NCBI GenBank assembly: GCA_963663165.1
Contig: OY760175.1
Location: forward strand, 6,240,001 to 6,304,000
Length of the DNA stretch: 64,000 nucleotides
Direction: 5' to 3'
Origin: an uncultured Desulfospira sp.
GTDB lineage: Bacteria; Desulfobacterota; Desulfobacteria; Desulfobacterales; Desulfobacteraceae
The notes beneath the pieces are model-generated. The model worked only from the letters and a program-made list of their open reading frames with translations, was not told the origin of the DNA and ran no database searches. Of this stretch, positions 30,724-41,465 are shown one piece after another. Positions within the stretch are counted from its first letter, which is position 1, and every line of letters begins with the position of its first letter. A program made the position numbers and the translations under genes.

Positions 30724-32040
30724 ATGACACATACCGCCTATCAGGAATGCCTTGATAAAATTTACCAACTCGGCCGTTTCGGCATCAAGCTCGAACTTGA
30801 GACCATCCAGAATATTCTAGGCCTTCTGAACAACCCCCAGAAAAACTACAACACTGTCCATGTGGCCGGCACCAACGGCAAAGGCTCCACGGCCACCTAT
30901 ATTTATTCCATTCTAAGGCAGGCCGGTTTCAGAACAGGCATCTACACCTCTCCTCACCTGGTCCGTTTCAATGAACGGATCAGTGTCAACGGCGTTGATA
31001 TCTCTGATGACCAGGTGGTCAAGGCCTATGAGGCGGTTAACCGGACCGATGTGGGAGACCGGAGGGCCACGTTTTTTGAAATTGCAACGGCCATGGCCTT
31101 TTACCACTTTGCCCTGGAAAAGGTGGAATGGGCTGTGATTGAAACCGGCATGGGGGGACGGTTTGATGCCACCAACATCATTGACCCCAAGGTTTGCGTC
31201 ATTACCAACCTGTCCATTGAGCATACCGATTACCTGGGATCCACCATTAAAGACCTGGCCCGGGAAAAAGCAGGGATTATCAAAAAAAATACCCCGGTGG
31301 TCACGGCAGTATCCCAGCCTTCGGGCATTCAGGTGATCCAGGCCAGGGCCAAAGACCAGGATGCGGGCCTGTACCGGTTCAAACAGGCGTTTTCCGCCAG
31401 GAAACAACGGGAGGCACAGGTCCTGGACTACCAGGGGATTTTCAACAATTTCAAAGGCCTTGACATGCCCCTTCCCGGGGACCACCAGAAAGAAAACTTA
31501 AGCCTGGGGATCGCGGCCTGCGAATTGATTTTCAAGCCGCTGGCGTCCCATGATCCCCGGTATGCCCTGACCCCGGACCTGGTTAAGCAGGGGCTTTCCC
31601 ATGTCAAATGGCCCGGCCGCCTGGAAGTCGTTAAGGAAAAGCCGCTGGTCATCCTGGACGGTGCCCACAACCTTAAAGCTGCCCGGCTTCTGGCCAAATA
31701 TCTGGCGTCGGGCCTGAACAACAGACCCCTGACCCTGGTGATCGGCATTCTGGACGACAAGCCCTATGAAGATATGCTCAAGCACCTGGCCCCCTGTGCA
31801 TCCCGGATCATCATCACCCGGCCGAAAATCAACCGGAGCATGGACACCGGCATCTTAAAGAAAGCCGCCCAAGCATATTTTTCAGGACCGATATTGGAAA
31901 TCCAGGATGTCAAAGAAGCCACCGCCCACGCCATTGCCTCGGCATCAGACACGGAAGCGGTCTGCATCGCCGGATCACTTTATGTGGTGGGTGAGGCAAA
32001 ACAAAAATTAGATATGGATTTTTCCGGTCACATGGTGTAA
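30724..32040 (+). CDS. folC: Bifunctional folylpolyglutamate/dihydrofolate synthase
   Basis: HVAGTNGKGST, YTSPHL, ETGMGGRFDATN, REKAGII, WPGRLE, LDGAHN, GSLYVVG. Confidence 0.95.
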   Translation: MTHTAYQECLDKIYQLGRFGIKLELETIQNILGLLNNPQKNYNTVHVAGTNGKGSTATYIYSILRQAGFRTGIYTSPHLVRFNERISVNGVDISDDQVVKAYEAVNRTDVGDRRATFFEIATAMAFYHFALEKVEWAVIETGMGGRFDATNIIDPKVCVITNLSIEHTDYLGSTIKDLAREKAGIIKKNTPVVTAVSQPSGIQVIQARAKDQDAGLYRFKQAFSARKQREAQVLDYQGIFNNFKGLDMPLPGDHQKENLSLGIAACELIFKPLASHDPRYALTPDLVKQGLSHVKWPGRLEVVKEKPLVILDGAHNLKAARLLAKYLASGLNNRPLTLVIGILDDKPYEDMLKHLAPCASRIIITRPKINRSMDTGILKKAAQAYFSGPILEIQDVKEATAHAIASASDTEAVCIAGSLYVVGEAKQKLDMDFSGHMV

Positions 32041-32055
32041 AAGATTAAATTCCAA

Positions 32056-32131
32056 GCGCCCGTAGTGCAGGGGATAGCACGTCAGCCTCCGAAGCTGAAG
32101 ATCGCTGGTTCGAATCCAGCCGGGCGCACCA
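32056..32131 (+). tRNA. tRNA-Arg(CCG)
   Basis: Cloverleaf: acceptor GCGCCCG/CGGGCGC, D stem GTGC/GCAC, anticodon stem TCAGC/GCTGA with loop CTCCGAA, T arm GCTGG-TTCGAAT-CCAGC, encoded CCA. Confidence 0.95.
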
Positions 32132-32178
32132 CCTCATCATTCCCCGGTTTCCATAAACATAAACTGCACTTTAAAGTT

Positions 32179-33426
32179 ATGAACCCAGGACATGAATCCC
32201 GGCTGAGAATCGGCCTGATCTCCTACAGAAGCAACCCCCATTCCGGCGGTCAGGGGGTTTATGTCCGTCATTTAGGCCGTGCCCTGTCCGATCTCGGCCA
32301 CCAGGTTGAGGTGATTGCAGGCCCCCCGGACCCTGAACTTGCCCCCAACACCCGGCTGACCATGCTTACTACCCTGGACCTTTACAACCCGGCCGACCTG
32401 TTCCGGACCCCGGGTCTGGACGAACTCAAAGATCCGGTCAACCTCATTGAATGGCTTGATGTCTGCGCCATGGGATACCCCGAGCCCTTGACCTTTGGCA
32501 TGCGGGCAAAGCGGTACCTTAGGGGAAAAGAAAGCCGATACGACATTATCCATGACAACCAGAGCCTGTCCTATGGGATTTTATCCCTTGCCCGCAGACT
32601 GCCCGTAACGGCCACCATTCACCATCCCATGACCGTGGACCGGCGCCTGGCCGTTAAAAGCACCCGCTCTTTTTATAAAAAATTAAAGGCCCTGCGCTGG
32701 TATTCCTTTATTGGCATGCAAAAACGGGTAGCCCGAAGGCTGCCCCGGCTGATCACGGTATCGGACAGTTCCAAAAAGGACATCTCCAGAGAATTTAAAA
32801 TCAGAGAATCCCGGTTTGCCACCATTCCCATCGGCATTGATACCGACCACTTTTACCCCCTGGACCATATTAAACGAATCCCGGGCCGGATCATTGTCAC
32901 CAACAGTGCGGATACCCCCTTAAAGGGGCTTTACCACCTGCTTTACGCCTTAAAAAATATTATCCGGAAAAGGAACGCCTTTCTGGTGGTCATCGGGTCG
33001 CCCAAGAAAAACGGCGGCATTGAAAAACTGATCAAAACCCTGGACCTTGGCCGTCACATTGAATTTACCGGCCGGATCGACCACGACCGGTTTGTCAAAG
33101 AATATGCAAAGGCCTCCATGGCCGTGGTTCCCTCCCTTTATGAAGGGTTCGGCCTGCCCGTAGGTGAGGCCATGGCCGCAAGGGTGCCGGTGATTTCCAC
33201 CACCGGCGGGGCCCTGCCTGAGGTGGCCGGGGATGCGGCGCTTCTGGTCCCTCCCGGAGATGCCAAAGCCCTTGAAAAAGCCATTATAAGGCTGATGGAT
33301 GATCCCAAACTCAGCGAAGATTTGGCCCAAAAGGGGTATGACCGGATTCTTTCAAGCTTCACCTGGGAACAGACCGCCATTAAAACCGCCCAGGTCTACA
33401 GGGAGGTCATCCGTGCTCACCTTTAA
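32179..33426 (+). CDS. Glycosyltransferase family 4
   Basis: SYRSNPHSGGQGVYV, IHDNQSL, PSLYEGFGLPVGEAMA. Start moved to 32179 because the longer ORF overlaps the tRNA. Confidence 0.9.
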   Translation: MNPGHESRLRIGLISYRSNPHSGGQGVYVRHLGRALSDLGHQVEVIAGPPDPELAPNTRLTMLTTLDLYNPADLFRTPGLDELKDPVNLIEWLDVCAMGYPEPLTFGMRAKRYLRGKESRYDIIHDNQSLSYGILSLARRLPVTATIHHPMTVDRRLAVKSTRSFYKKLKALRWYSFIGMQKRVARRLPRLITVSDSSKKDISREFKIRESRFATIPIGIDTDHFYPLDHIKRIPGRIIVTNSADTPLKGLYHLLYALKNIIRKRNAFLVVIGSPKKNGGIEKLIKTLDLGRHIEFTGRIDHDRFVKEYAKASMAVVPSLYEGFGLPVGEAMAARVPVISTTGGALPEVAGDAALLVPPGDAKALEKAIIRLMDDPKLSEDLAQKGYDRILSSFTWEQTAIKTAQVYREVIRAHL

Positions 33427-34123
33427 CTTTAACCGGTTTGGCCTGGAGCCGGGCCATCGGTTTCTGGATATCGGCTGCGGGGAAGGGCGGCACATTGTCC
33501 GGGCCTGTCAGGAACAGGGGACCATCTGCACCGGTGCGGATTATGTGTTTGACAATCTTTTGACAAGCCGGAACAAGCTTAACTTTCACCAGGCCGTCAA
33601 CGATCTCAAATGCCGGGACTGGAACCTGTCGGCCATGGATGTGACCCGGCTGCCCTTTGGTGACCACACCTTTGATCTGGTTATCTGCTCCGAGGTTTTG
33701 GAACATATCCCGGATCATGAAACCGCCGTGGCGGAACTGATCCGGATTGTCAAACCCGGCAAAATCCTGGCGGTCAGCGTGCCCAGCTTCTGGCCGGAAA
33801 AAATCTGCTGGTTGCTGTCAAAAGAATATACCCGGGCCGACATGGGCCATGTCAGGATTTACAAAAAAAACCAACTTATTAAACAGTTCACCTCAAGGGG
33901 GCTGATATTCACCGGCGCCCACCGCTCCCATGCCATCCATGCCCCGTACTGGTGGCTCAAATGCCTGGTGGGGGTCAACCGGCCCGATTCGGTTTTGGTC
34001 AACCTTTACCACCGCTTTCTGGTCTGGGATTTAATGAAAAGGCCCTGGATATCCGGTTTTGCCGACCGGCTGCTTAACCCCCTGCTGGGCAAAAGCCTGG
34101 TCCTCTACTTTCGCTGCCCCTGA
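33413..34123 (+). CDS. Class I SAM-dependent methyltransferase
   Basis: GTG after GGAGG; FLDIGCGEGRH, LPFGDHTFDLVICSEVLEHIPD. Confidence 0.88.
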   Translation: MLTFNFNRFGLEPGHRFLDIGCGEGRHIVRACQEQGTICTGADYVFDNLLTSRNKLNFHQAVNDLKCRDWNLSAMDVTRLPFGDHTFDLVICSEVLEHIPDHETAVAELIRIVKPGKILAVSVPSFWPEKICWLLSKEYTRADMGHVRIYKKNQLIKQFTSRGLIFTGAHRSHAIHAPYWWLKCLVGVNRPDSVLVNLYHRFLVWDLMKRPWISGFADRLLNPLLGKSLVLYFRCP

Positions 34124-34246
34124 CCGGGACACCATCACAGAAATGATGACCGGTATCCAGAGATTATGCCGGATAATAAATACGGTCACCCTGATCTCCC
34201 CGGGGCCGGTCAGTGGGGGGTAATTCCAGAATATCTGATTCACCGG

Positions 34247-34534
34247 TCATTGTCTGATATAATGTCCCCGTTCCTGAACGGACCACTCCTTTTCATGCCT
34301 TGTCCTTGGGGGTATATGTTTTGTCTGTCTGAATTGCTTAACCCAGAGAGCCATGAGCAGTACAATAACGGGGTCCGTGATTTCCGGCGTTCTGCCGTCC
34401 AGGAATATCTGCATGATTTCAATGGCAAAAACAGAGGACGTCGTAATCATGGCTAAACGGGAATAATCTTTCCATAAGAATACCTGTGTTAATCCATGGT
34501 TGATCTGATGGTAAGGCTCTGCTTTTGCCGATGT
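34247..34534 (-). pseudogene. Probable VanZ-like C-terminal remnant
   Basis: VFAIEIMQIFLDGRTPEITDPVI resembles the VanZ E..Q.F.PGR...D motif; the frame is closed upstream at 34535-34537. Confidence 0.45.
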
Positions 34535-34569
34535 TTATTCCAACTATAAATGGGGCGGCCCGATCCGGG

Positions 34570-37500
34570 TCACTGGGGCTGATGTTCCCTATGCTGTTTG
34601 ATCTCGTCTAAGGCCTCGTTGAACCGGTATTTGCCGATAAGGAAATTGACCGTTTCCATGAGCTTTCGCTCTTCCGTGTTCAGGGCAGTGGATTTGAGCC
34701 GGGCAAGTACCGGCTGGATCTGCTTGGGGCGCCGTTTTTCAACCGCCTGGATCAATTGTTCCCATAAATCGCCCTGGGGCTCCTCTAAAACAGCAGGGGC
34801 AGGGGGGGGGGCATCCTGGGTTTTAAGGAGGCTGCTGGCGTTGACCTCGTCAATCATCCGGGTCATTTCTTTTTCAAGATCCGGCAGCAAAGACTCGTCC
34901 AGGGTGTCTTCTATTTTTCCGGCAACCTCCTGCAGGGCAGATGCCCCGATATTGCCTGACAGCCCTTTAATGGTATGGGCAATTCTTACGGCCTCTTTTT
35001 TGTTTTCCGTTATCAGGGCTTTCAGCCTGGGGGAGATGTTCTGGTAATCGGCAATAAAATTTTTGATGATTTTGGCGTAAAGCGCCTTGTCTCCCATCAT
35101 GCGGCTCAGTCCGGTTTCGGCGTCAATGGTGGTGAAATCCGGCAGGCCTTGGGGTTCTGAAGCTGTGTCTTCAGGGGCTTTCGCCATATCCGGATCAAAG
35201 GCCGCGCATTTTTTAGGAATGAGCCGGAGCAGGGCGGCAAAAAGCTGGTCCACGTTGATGGGCTTGACAATATGTTCGGTGGCCCCGTGATCCAGGGCCT
35301 TTTGCACATCACTGGCCATGGCATTGGCCGTCAGCGCAATAATGGGAACATCCGGATCAAATTCCCGGATTTGCCCGGTGGCCTCATACCCGTCCATGAC
35401 GGGCATCTGGATGTCCATGAGAATCAGTTCGTATTTTTCCGGGGCCTGCCGGTAGGTATCCAGGGCAATTTGCCCGTTTTCCGCCTCGGTGATGATGATC
35501 CCGCTGTGGGACAGCATGCCCAGAACAATTTCACGGTTCAGCTTGTTGTCCTCCACGAGCAGGACAGAGCTGCCCTTGAGGGTGGTCAGCTCTTTTTTGA
35601 GCTGTGCGGCATTGGTATTTTGCTGATATTCGCGTTTAACGGCCTCACCGGTAAAGGTTTCTAAAATAACCTCGTAAAGGTGGGATGGGTTGATGGGCTT
35701 AAATAAAAATGTTTTGATGCCTTCTTGTTCTGCCTCTTCAACCACGGATTCCTGGTGGTAGGCTGAAACCATCATGATGACTTTGCCGGTGGATCTGCCG
35801 CATTCTTTGATCTGCCGCACCGTTTCAATACCGCTCATCTCGGGCATGTGCCAGTCCATCAGGATCAGGTCAAATTCTGTTTCCCTCTCGCAGATAATGG
35901 AAAGGGCTTCCCGGCCGCTGACCGCCGTCCGGGTATCGATATGGTAATGGCTGAGCATTTTTTCAAGGATTTCCCGCCAAGAGGAAGTATCATCCACAAC
36001 AAGGGCTTTTTTATCCTTGAACTGTTTTAACCCCACCGGTTTCTCCGGCTGTTCAAGAATGGTCACCTCAAAGGCAAAGGTACTGCCTTTCTCGTATTCG
36101 CTTTCCACCCATATGTGGCCGCCCATCATTTCCACTAAGCGTTTGGAAATGGTCAAGCCAAGGCCCGTGCCCCCGTATTTGCGGGTGGTGGATACGTCGG
36201 CCTGGGAAAAGGATTGAAACAGCTTGCCCTGCTGCTCCGGCGTCAGGCCGATACCGGTATCTTTGACCTCAAACAGGAACCGGTTTTTTTCAAGTTTTTG
36301 AACGTATACCCCGACTTCCCCGTTTTCAGTGAACTTGACGGCGTTGTTGACCAGGTTGGTTAAGACCTGGCCTAACCTTAAGGGGTCTCCGTGCAGGTTC
36401 ATGGCAGTGATGTTGTCGTAGGATACAATAAAATCAATATTTCTTTCAGCGGCCTTGGCTTCCACGATGGTGGCCACATTGCCGATTACAGTACTCAAGT
36501 CAAAATCAATGTTTTCCAGCTGAAGCTTGCCGGCCTCGATTTTTGAGATGTCGAGAATATCGTTGATAATGCCCAGAAGGGCGTTGGCTGATACCTCTAT
36601 TTTTTCGATAAACCCTTGCTGGGCCGGGGTGAATTCGGTTTCCTTCAACAGGTAAAGCATGCCGGTAATGGCGTTCATGGGGGTTCTGATTTCATGGCTC
36701 ATGTTGGCCAGGAATGCGCTTTTGGCCTTATTGGCGGCTTCGGCGGCCTGGCGCTGCCGTTCTGCCTGGGCCCGTTTCATCCGGGCGGTAATGTCCATGA
36801 GGTGGCCGGTGATGCCGTACATTCGGCCGCTCGGGCTCACCAGAGCCCGACCGGACAGGGAAACCCAGAGCAGGGTTCCGTTCTTATGCTTCATGCGGGC
36901 CCTGAAGTCGGTCACGGTGCCGTTCTCAATGATTTTGTCCACAAACCGCTGCCGGTCCTTGATATCTTCGAAGAGCTCTGCGCTGATGTCCGGGCTGATC
37001 TCCAGCAGTTCCTGGGTTGACCCGTATCCGAATATCCTGGCCATGGCCGGGTTTATCTCTAAATAGGCCCCTTTCTCGGTGACCTGGAAAACCCCTTCAA
37101 TCGCGTTTTCAAACAAAGACCGGTATTTTTCTTCCGCCCGCCGGGACTGGGTCAACGCCTTTTCCTGGAATTCGACCATATCAAAGAATGATTTGTACAG
37201 CAGCCGGATTTCCTGGCCCACATTGGTGCCGGGCCCGCCGGCATTTTTATCCACCGCCGGGTTATTGCGGATTTCGTTGGCCACCTGGGCCAGTCTGAGA
37301 ATGGGTTGAACCAGGCCGGTGTTTACATGGCGGGCAAAGATCAGGGTGGCCAGAATGCAGAAGGTGATACCGGTGACAAAGACCATCAGGAAAAATTGGA
37401 AAGGCTTTTTGGCTGCGGCAAGGCTTGACAGCACAAGGCAGTTGAACCGGTTTCGTTCCAAAGCCCTTGGCAGGCTGATGTCGGCGGCAATGAATACTTC

Positions 37501-38211
37501 TTCTTTGCCCTGGTGCGCAATGGTCATTTCTTCAATGGCCTGGCTCTGGTGTAGATGGTGTGAATATTCAACCTGTGAAAGCCATTCCGATTCAGCCACA
37601 GGGCCGTCAGCATTGTAGATGGTCAGGCCGGTGAGGCCGGTTTTGCTCATTTCCTCTATGGTGCCGGCCGGCGGAAAGGCGGCAAGGGTGATCAGGGTCC
37701 CGATTCTGGCCGTTTTGTCCATTATGGGAACGGCATTGACCACGGCCAGCCGCCCCTGGTAGGTGGTGTACATGGTATGGTTTCTTTCAGCGGCCAGGGC
37801 AGGGGGGTAAAGGGTCTCATCCTTGGGAATATGGGTTACGATATTTCCCTTTGCATTCAACAGCCAGATCCGGTCAAACCCGCCCTCATAGCCCATGTTT
37901 TTTCTTAAGATCCGGTTGGCCTGGGCCGGCAGATCCAGGTGGATGACCACCCGCAGGGCGTTCTGCTCCGCCAGGTTCCGGGTCTGGTGCTGGAGGAAAA
38001 GCAGGTCCCGGGTCATCATGCTTTCCATGAGCCTGGCGGTCTGGCGCAGGTTGTTGAGCATGGCATGGCGGATCATGTGGGTGCCGGTAAAATAGACAAT
38101 GATCAGTCCGAGGGCGCCCACACATACGGCTAGCCCCAGACTGGCCATCAGCTTAAATTTCAGTGACCGGTGCCGCATCCCTTCAGATGGAGACTGTTGG
38201 AAAAGGTTCAT
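34570..38211 (-). CDS. Hybrid sensor histidine kinase (TM-HAMP-PAS-HisKA-HATPase-REC-REC-HPt)
   Basis: [47 protein letters not shown], two REC domains, [13 protein letters not shown]; start 38211 or 38178. Confidence 0.92.
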   Translation of the reverse strand: MNLFQQSPSEGMRHRSLKFKLMASLGLAVCVGALGLIIVYFTGTHMIRHAMLNNLRQTARLMESMMTRDLLFLQHQTRNLAEQNALRVVIHLDLPAQANRILRKNMGYEGGFDRIWLLNAKGNIVTHIPKDETLYPPALAAERNHTMYTTYQGRLAVVNAVPIMDKTARIGTLITLAAFPPAGTIEEMSKTGLTGLTIYNADGPVAESEWLSQVEYSHHLHQSQAIEEMTIAHQGKEEVFIAADISLPRALERNRFNCLVLSSLAAAKKPFQFFLMVFVTGITFCILATLIFARHVNTGLVQPILRLAQVANEIRNNPAVDKNAGGPGTNVGQEIRLLYKSFFDMVEFQEKALTQSRRAEEKYRSLFENAIEGVFQVTEKGAYLEINPAMARIFGYGSTQELLEISPDISAELFEDIKDRQRFVDKIIENGTVTDFRARMKHKNGTLLWVSLSGRALVSPSGRMYGITGHLMDITARMKRAQAERQRQAAEAANKAKSAFLANMSHEIRTPMNAITGMLYLLKETEFTPAQQGFIEKIEVSANALLGIINDILDISKIEAGKLQLENIDFDLSTVIGNVATIVEAKAAERNIDFIVSYDNITAMNLHGDPLRLGQVLTNLVNNAVKFTENGEVGVYVQKLEKNRFLFEVKDTGIGLTPEQQGKLFQSFSQADVSTTRKYGGTGLGLTISKRLVEMMGGHIWVESEYEKGSTFAFEVTILEQPEKPVGLKQFKDKKALVVDDTSSWREILEKMLSHYHIDTRTAVSGREALSIICERETEFDLILMDWHMPEMSGIETVRQIKECGRSTGKVIMMVSAYHQESVVEEAEQEGIKTFLFKPINPSHLYEVILETFTGEAVKREYQQNTNAAQLKKELTTLKGSSVLLVEDNKLNREIVLGMLSHSGIIITEAENGQIALDTYRQAPEKYELILMDIQMPVMDGYEATGQIREFDPDVPIIALTANAMASDVQKALDHGATEHIVKPINVDQLFAALLRLIPKKCAAFDPDMAKAPEDTASEPQGLPDFTTIDAETGLSRMMGDKALYAKIIKNFIADYQNISPRLKALITENKKEAVRIAHTIKGLSGNIGASALQEVAGKIEDTLDESLLPDLEKEMTRMIDEVNASSLLKTQDAPPPAPAVLEEPQGDLWEQLIQAVEKRRPKQIQPVLARLKSTALNTEERKLMETVNFLIGKYRFNEALDEIKQHREHQPQ

Positions 38212-38224
38212 TGTGCTTAAGTTA

Positions 38225-39316
38225 TTATTTTTCGGGTTCGCCCTTGAGTTCAATGTGCTTGAACACGGAATCCGATGCCAGAAGGATATTTTCCGGGATA
38301 AAGAGTCCCAGTTCATTGGCGCGTTCAAGGTTGAAGACAATGGCATAATCAGGGGCCTCTATAATGGCCAAATCACCGGGCTGTGCCCCTTCCAGGATGG
38401 CAGCGGCCTGAACCCCGGCATGTTTGCCCATACTCTTGAAGTCCACCGAGGCGCCGCCAAACAGCCCTAACTTGCAGAAAAAGTAATTGAGCGGGATTTC
38501 AGGTTTTCTGGAGTTCGCCAGGGTCCACCGGAAAATGCCCGGTGCCGTTACCCGTGTTCCGTCGGATGTGGGCAGGGTTAAGGCCACCGGGTACAGGGCC
38601 TGGACGGCGTTATCCTGGTTCAGCGCCTTAATCAGGGTTTTATACTCATCAAAGGTCTTGACCCGTCGCACCTCCCAGTCCACGGGCAGCCCTTCGGCGG
38701 CTTCAAGCTCGAACTGTTTGGTAATGGCGTTGCCCGTTGGCGAATAATCCGTGATCCCCACGACTTTTTTGATACCGGACAGGGCATTGTGCAGGACGGT
38801 CAGGGCCCGTTTCAGGTGAAGCTTTTCATACACCCCGGTGACATTGCCCCCCGGGTGTTCCCGGGTGTCCATGAACTCTTTTTTCCGGTCATAGTCCTCG
38901 GGCTGGCCGTTCAGGCCGCAGAAAACCACCGCGATCCCCGGCCGGTTGATAAGTTCCATGCCGACTTCGCGAAAGGCGTTATCGTCGAGGGCAACGACTA
39001 TCCGGGGGTGGCGCTTTTCCACTTCTTTTAATGCCAATCGGCCCCGTTCAGCCACGGCTTTGGGGGTGGTATAGGTTTTCTTGGTGTCCATGTAAAATTC
39101 TTTAACATTTACCCTTCCCGGATACAGGCCGGATTCCGTCAGGGCCTCGATAACCCCGTCAGCCTGGGGCTGGCCGCAGACATGGTCTTTTTCGTAACTG
39201 TGGACGATCAGAACCAGGGGCGTTTGGGCACAGGCCAAGGGCAGGGCAAATACCGGCATAAAAATCGCCGGCGTCACGGCAACGAATAATTTAAACCGAC
39301 TTATCAATCGAACCAT
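38225..39316 (-). CDS. Periplasmic ABC-type substrate-binding protein (ABC_sub_bind-like), upstream of the kinase
   Basis: Signal peptide; [46 protein letters not shown]. Confidence 0.8.
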   Translation of the reverse strand: MVRLISRFKLFVAVTPAIFMPVFALPLACAQTPLVLIVHSYEKDHVCGQPQADGVIEALTESGLYPGRVNVKEFYMDTKKTYTTPKAVAERGRLALKEVEKRHPRIVVALDDNAFREVGMELINRPGIAVVFCGLNGQPEDYDRKKEFMDTREHPGGNVTGVYEKLHLKRALTVLHNALSGIKKVVGITDYSPTGNAITKQFELEAAEGLPVDWEVRRVKTFDEYKTLIKALNQDNAVQALYPVALTLPTSDGTRVTAPGIFRWTLANSRKPEIPLNYFFCKLGLFGGASVDFKSMGKHAGVQAAAILEGAQPGDLAIIEAPDYAIVFNLERANELGLFIPENILLASDSVFKHIELKGEPEK

Positions 39317-39518
39317 CTGTTACCTCCGTAATTTACAACAAATTGGCGGCAGGCGAAATGTACGATCCCGGTCAAAAAAACCACCGGCCCGCCCTGGAGG
39401 GCAGCATGGGGGGGCTGGGCTTGTTGAATGGGCCATGACCGGTAATTTTAAATAAGGGTAAAAAGCCGCGGTTCTTATAGATATAAACAAATGGCGGGAT
39501 CGTGTCAAGGGACGGCAA

Positions 39519-39748
39519 CAGGGTGATCAGGGGGATCGCATGTAACTTGCATCCTGGTGATGTCGATTTTGATGATAATAAATGTAAAAAACGGAAACCG
39601 GGAAAAAGGAGACCGGAGACCGGATCGCGCATCCTTAGGGGTTTCGCATCCCGGTCTGCGGTCTCCTTTCCTCCGGTCTCCCTGCGTTTGAAGATAGTCC
39701 TTATTTTCCATTTTGGAATGGATTGCTTTTTTACCTGCGATTGCCTTG
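39519..39748 (-). mobile_element. MITE family C, full copy containing a family D hairpin
   Basis: Ends CAGGGTGATC(AGGGGGATC)GCATGTAA and TTACCTGCGATTGCCTTG; flanks GGGACGGCAA / GGGACTGGAA (8/10 direct repeat); both subterminal regions match 49067-49565. Confidence 0.75.
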
Positions 39749-39772
39749 GGGACTGGAAATAGAAACAGGCCC

Positions 39773-41053
39773 TTAAAATTTCAAGTCTCCTGAGTTCGTA
39801 AATTCAAGTTCGCCGAAAAGTTGAATCCGGGCATGGGGGATTTTTTTTATTTCGCCGGCCAGGGCCTGGCTGACCAGAAAACGGGTGGTGTGCATGGTGT
39901 CTTTGATGATCACGGCCCTGGCCCGGGACGGATCAAGGGGGCCAATGGTCTGAAAGGCCGCCTGGATCGCCTTTTCCTCGGAGGGAAGCCTCACCGGAAT
40001 AAAGGCTTTGCGCAGGGACATGGAGGTGAGTGCGTTCATCAGGGTGGCCTCGTAATCCATGGATTGAAAGACCTTTTCCGTAATGATGTCGGCATTGCCA
40101 AGCCCAATAGCGTTGCCGGCGGTTTGCTTCGACAGGTTCAGCACCGCCACCCGTTTGGCGTCAAGGCTCTGGGAAAAATCGTCCTCCATTAAATCGTAAG
40201 TCCGGCCCGTGACATTGGGGTCCATGCCGGAACCGCTGATTTCCTTGCCGATCTGCCTGATGACCAGGACATCAATTTCGTCAAAGGGTAGGGCAGGGAA
40301 TTCCTTTTTGGCCTGTTCAAGGAGCCGGGCCTCGCCTTTGGCCATGTCCCGGGCTGAAAGGATCTCCACGGCCATGGTCCGGTCATGGGCGTTTTCCACT
40401 ATCCCGATGCCCAAACACAGATTGGTCTTTTCCAGGATAGTGTCGCCCATGGGCTTTAACAGTTTGTAAAATCCGTATTTTAAAGCCATGTGGTGATAGG
40501 CCAGTGCCCCCTCATGCTTGCCCATGCCCACCACCATCATTTTATAAAGGCCGCTTTCCATGGGCCCTTTGAATTTGGTATGGGGTTTGATCCGGTTGAT
40601 GCACAGGGCATGGTCGGCTTTAAGTGCCCTTGAAGAGAAAAAGACCGGTACATCCCCAAAGACCTGCCCGACCTTTACCGCCTCCATTTCCGGGCAAATG
40701 GGGGCATCACAGGTGCCAGGGGTAATGTTGAGCTTTTCAAGAACGTTCACCTGGCCTTCCGGGGTAGCGCTGCCATGGCTGCCCATGGCCGGGATGATAA
40801 AGGGGCGGGCCCCTTTTTGTTTAATGCACCGGCAGATACAGGCAACAAATTCGTCAATATGGGCAATCCCCCGGGAACCCACGCCTATGGCCACGGTCTG
40901 GCCGGCCCGGATGCCCGCCCGGTCAAGGGCCGGGCAAAGTTTGGCTTCGAGCTCTCCCACCGGATCGGAAAGGGCGTTGTCCGGCGGGTTGAGGTCAACC
41001 TGGTAAAACGGGGGAAAATAAAATTTTTGCTCCAGGTATTCAGGGTACCGCAT
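39773..41053 (-). CDS. Lactate racemase N-terminal-like (DUF2088/DUF362-type) protein
   Basis: VAIGVGSRGI, IPAMGSHG.AT.EGQ, INRIKPHT.F, ESGL.KM...G.GK..GA, IGKEISGSGMDPNVTGR, GNAIGLG.AD. Confidence 0.8.
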   Translation of the reverse strand: MRYPEYLEQKFYFPPFYQVDLNPPDNALSDPVGELEAKLCPALDRAGIRAGQTVAIGVGSRGIAHIDEFVACICRCIKQKGARPFIIPAMGSHGSATPEGQVNVLEKLNITPGTCDAPICPEMEAVKVGQVFGDVPVFFSSRALKADHALCINRIKPHTKFKGPMESGLYKMMVVGMGKHEGALAYHHMALKYGFYKLLKPMGDTILEKTNLCLGIGIVENAHDRTMAVEILSARDMAKGEARLLEQAKKEFPALPFDEIDVLVIRQIGKEISGSGMDPNVTGRTYDLMEDDFSQSLDAKRVAVLNLSKQTAGNAIGLGNADIITEKVFQSMDYEATLMNALTSMSLRKAFIPVRLPSEEKAIQAAFQTIGPLDPSRARAVIIKDTMHTTRFLVSQALAGEIKKIPHARIQLFGELEFTNSGDLKF

Positions 41054-41194
41054 GGGGGTTCCTTAACGTTGTTCTGATTCCGGCTGTCTCCACCATTAAA
41101 AAAGAGGATTACACCAGAATCTATAAAATATCGGCAGAAGATGTTTGACATCTGACGGCCTTTGGGGTTCTATACCACAGGCGGCCGGACCAGG

Positions 41195-41327
41195 ACAAGA
41201 AACAAGAAACAAGAAACAAGAGACAAGAGACAAGAGACAAGAAACAAGAAACAAGAGACAAGAAACAAGAAACAAGAAACAAGAGACAAGAGACAAGAAA
41301 CAAGAGACAAGAGACAGGAAACAGGAA
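41195..41327 (+). repeat. Heptamer tandem array, 19 units of ACA(A/G)GA(A/G)
   Basis: 17 x ACAAGAA/ACAAGAG plus 2 x ACAGGAA, counted by hand. Confidence 0.95.
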
Positions 41328-41337
41328 AGAAGGTGGT

Positions 41338-41390
41338 AGGCTGAAGGGATGCGTAACCCTAAACGCCTTCAGTCTTCAGCCTAAGCCCCT
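41338..41390. repeat. Hairpin repeat family E, copy 2
   Basis: AGGCTGAAGGGATGCGTAACCCTAAACGCCTTCAGTCTTCAGCCTAAGCCCCT. Confidence 0.7.
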
Positions 41391-41465
41391 GCATTTCATT
41401 GAAGGTTAAAAAAATTATATGAACTTTAAATCGGGTTCATTCAGGATAGACACCGGGCTTTTGCC

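Noticed and set aside
32065..32178. N-terminal extension of the GT4 ORF
   Set aside because: It overlaps the tRNA gene; the ATG at 32179 is the plausible start.
32056..34560. tRNA-Arg as an integration site for a genomic island
   Set aside because: No integrase, and I saw no duplicated tRNA 3' end downstream in the window.
41195..41327. Possible CRISPR array
   Set aside because: The unit is 7 bp with no unique spacers, and there are no cas genes. No repeat-spacer array was seen anywhere in the window.
41096..41344. Low-complexity ORFs (LVSCFLFLVSC / QETRNKK) on both strands
   Set aside because: They are translations of the heptamer array, not proteins.
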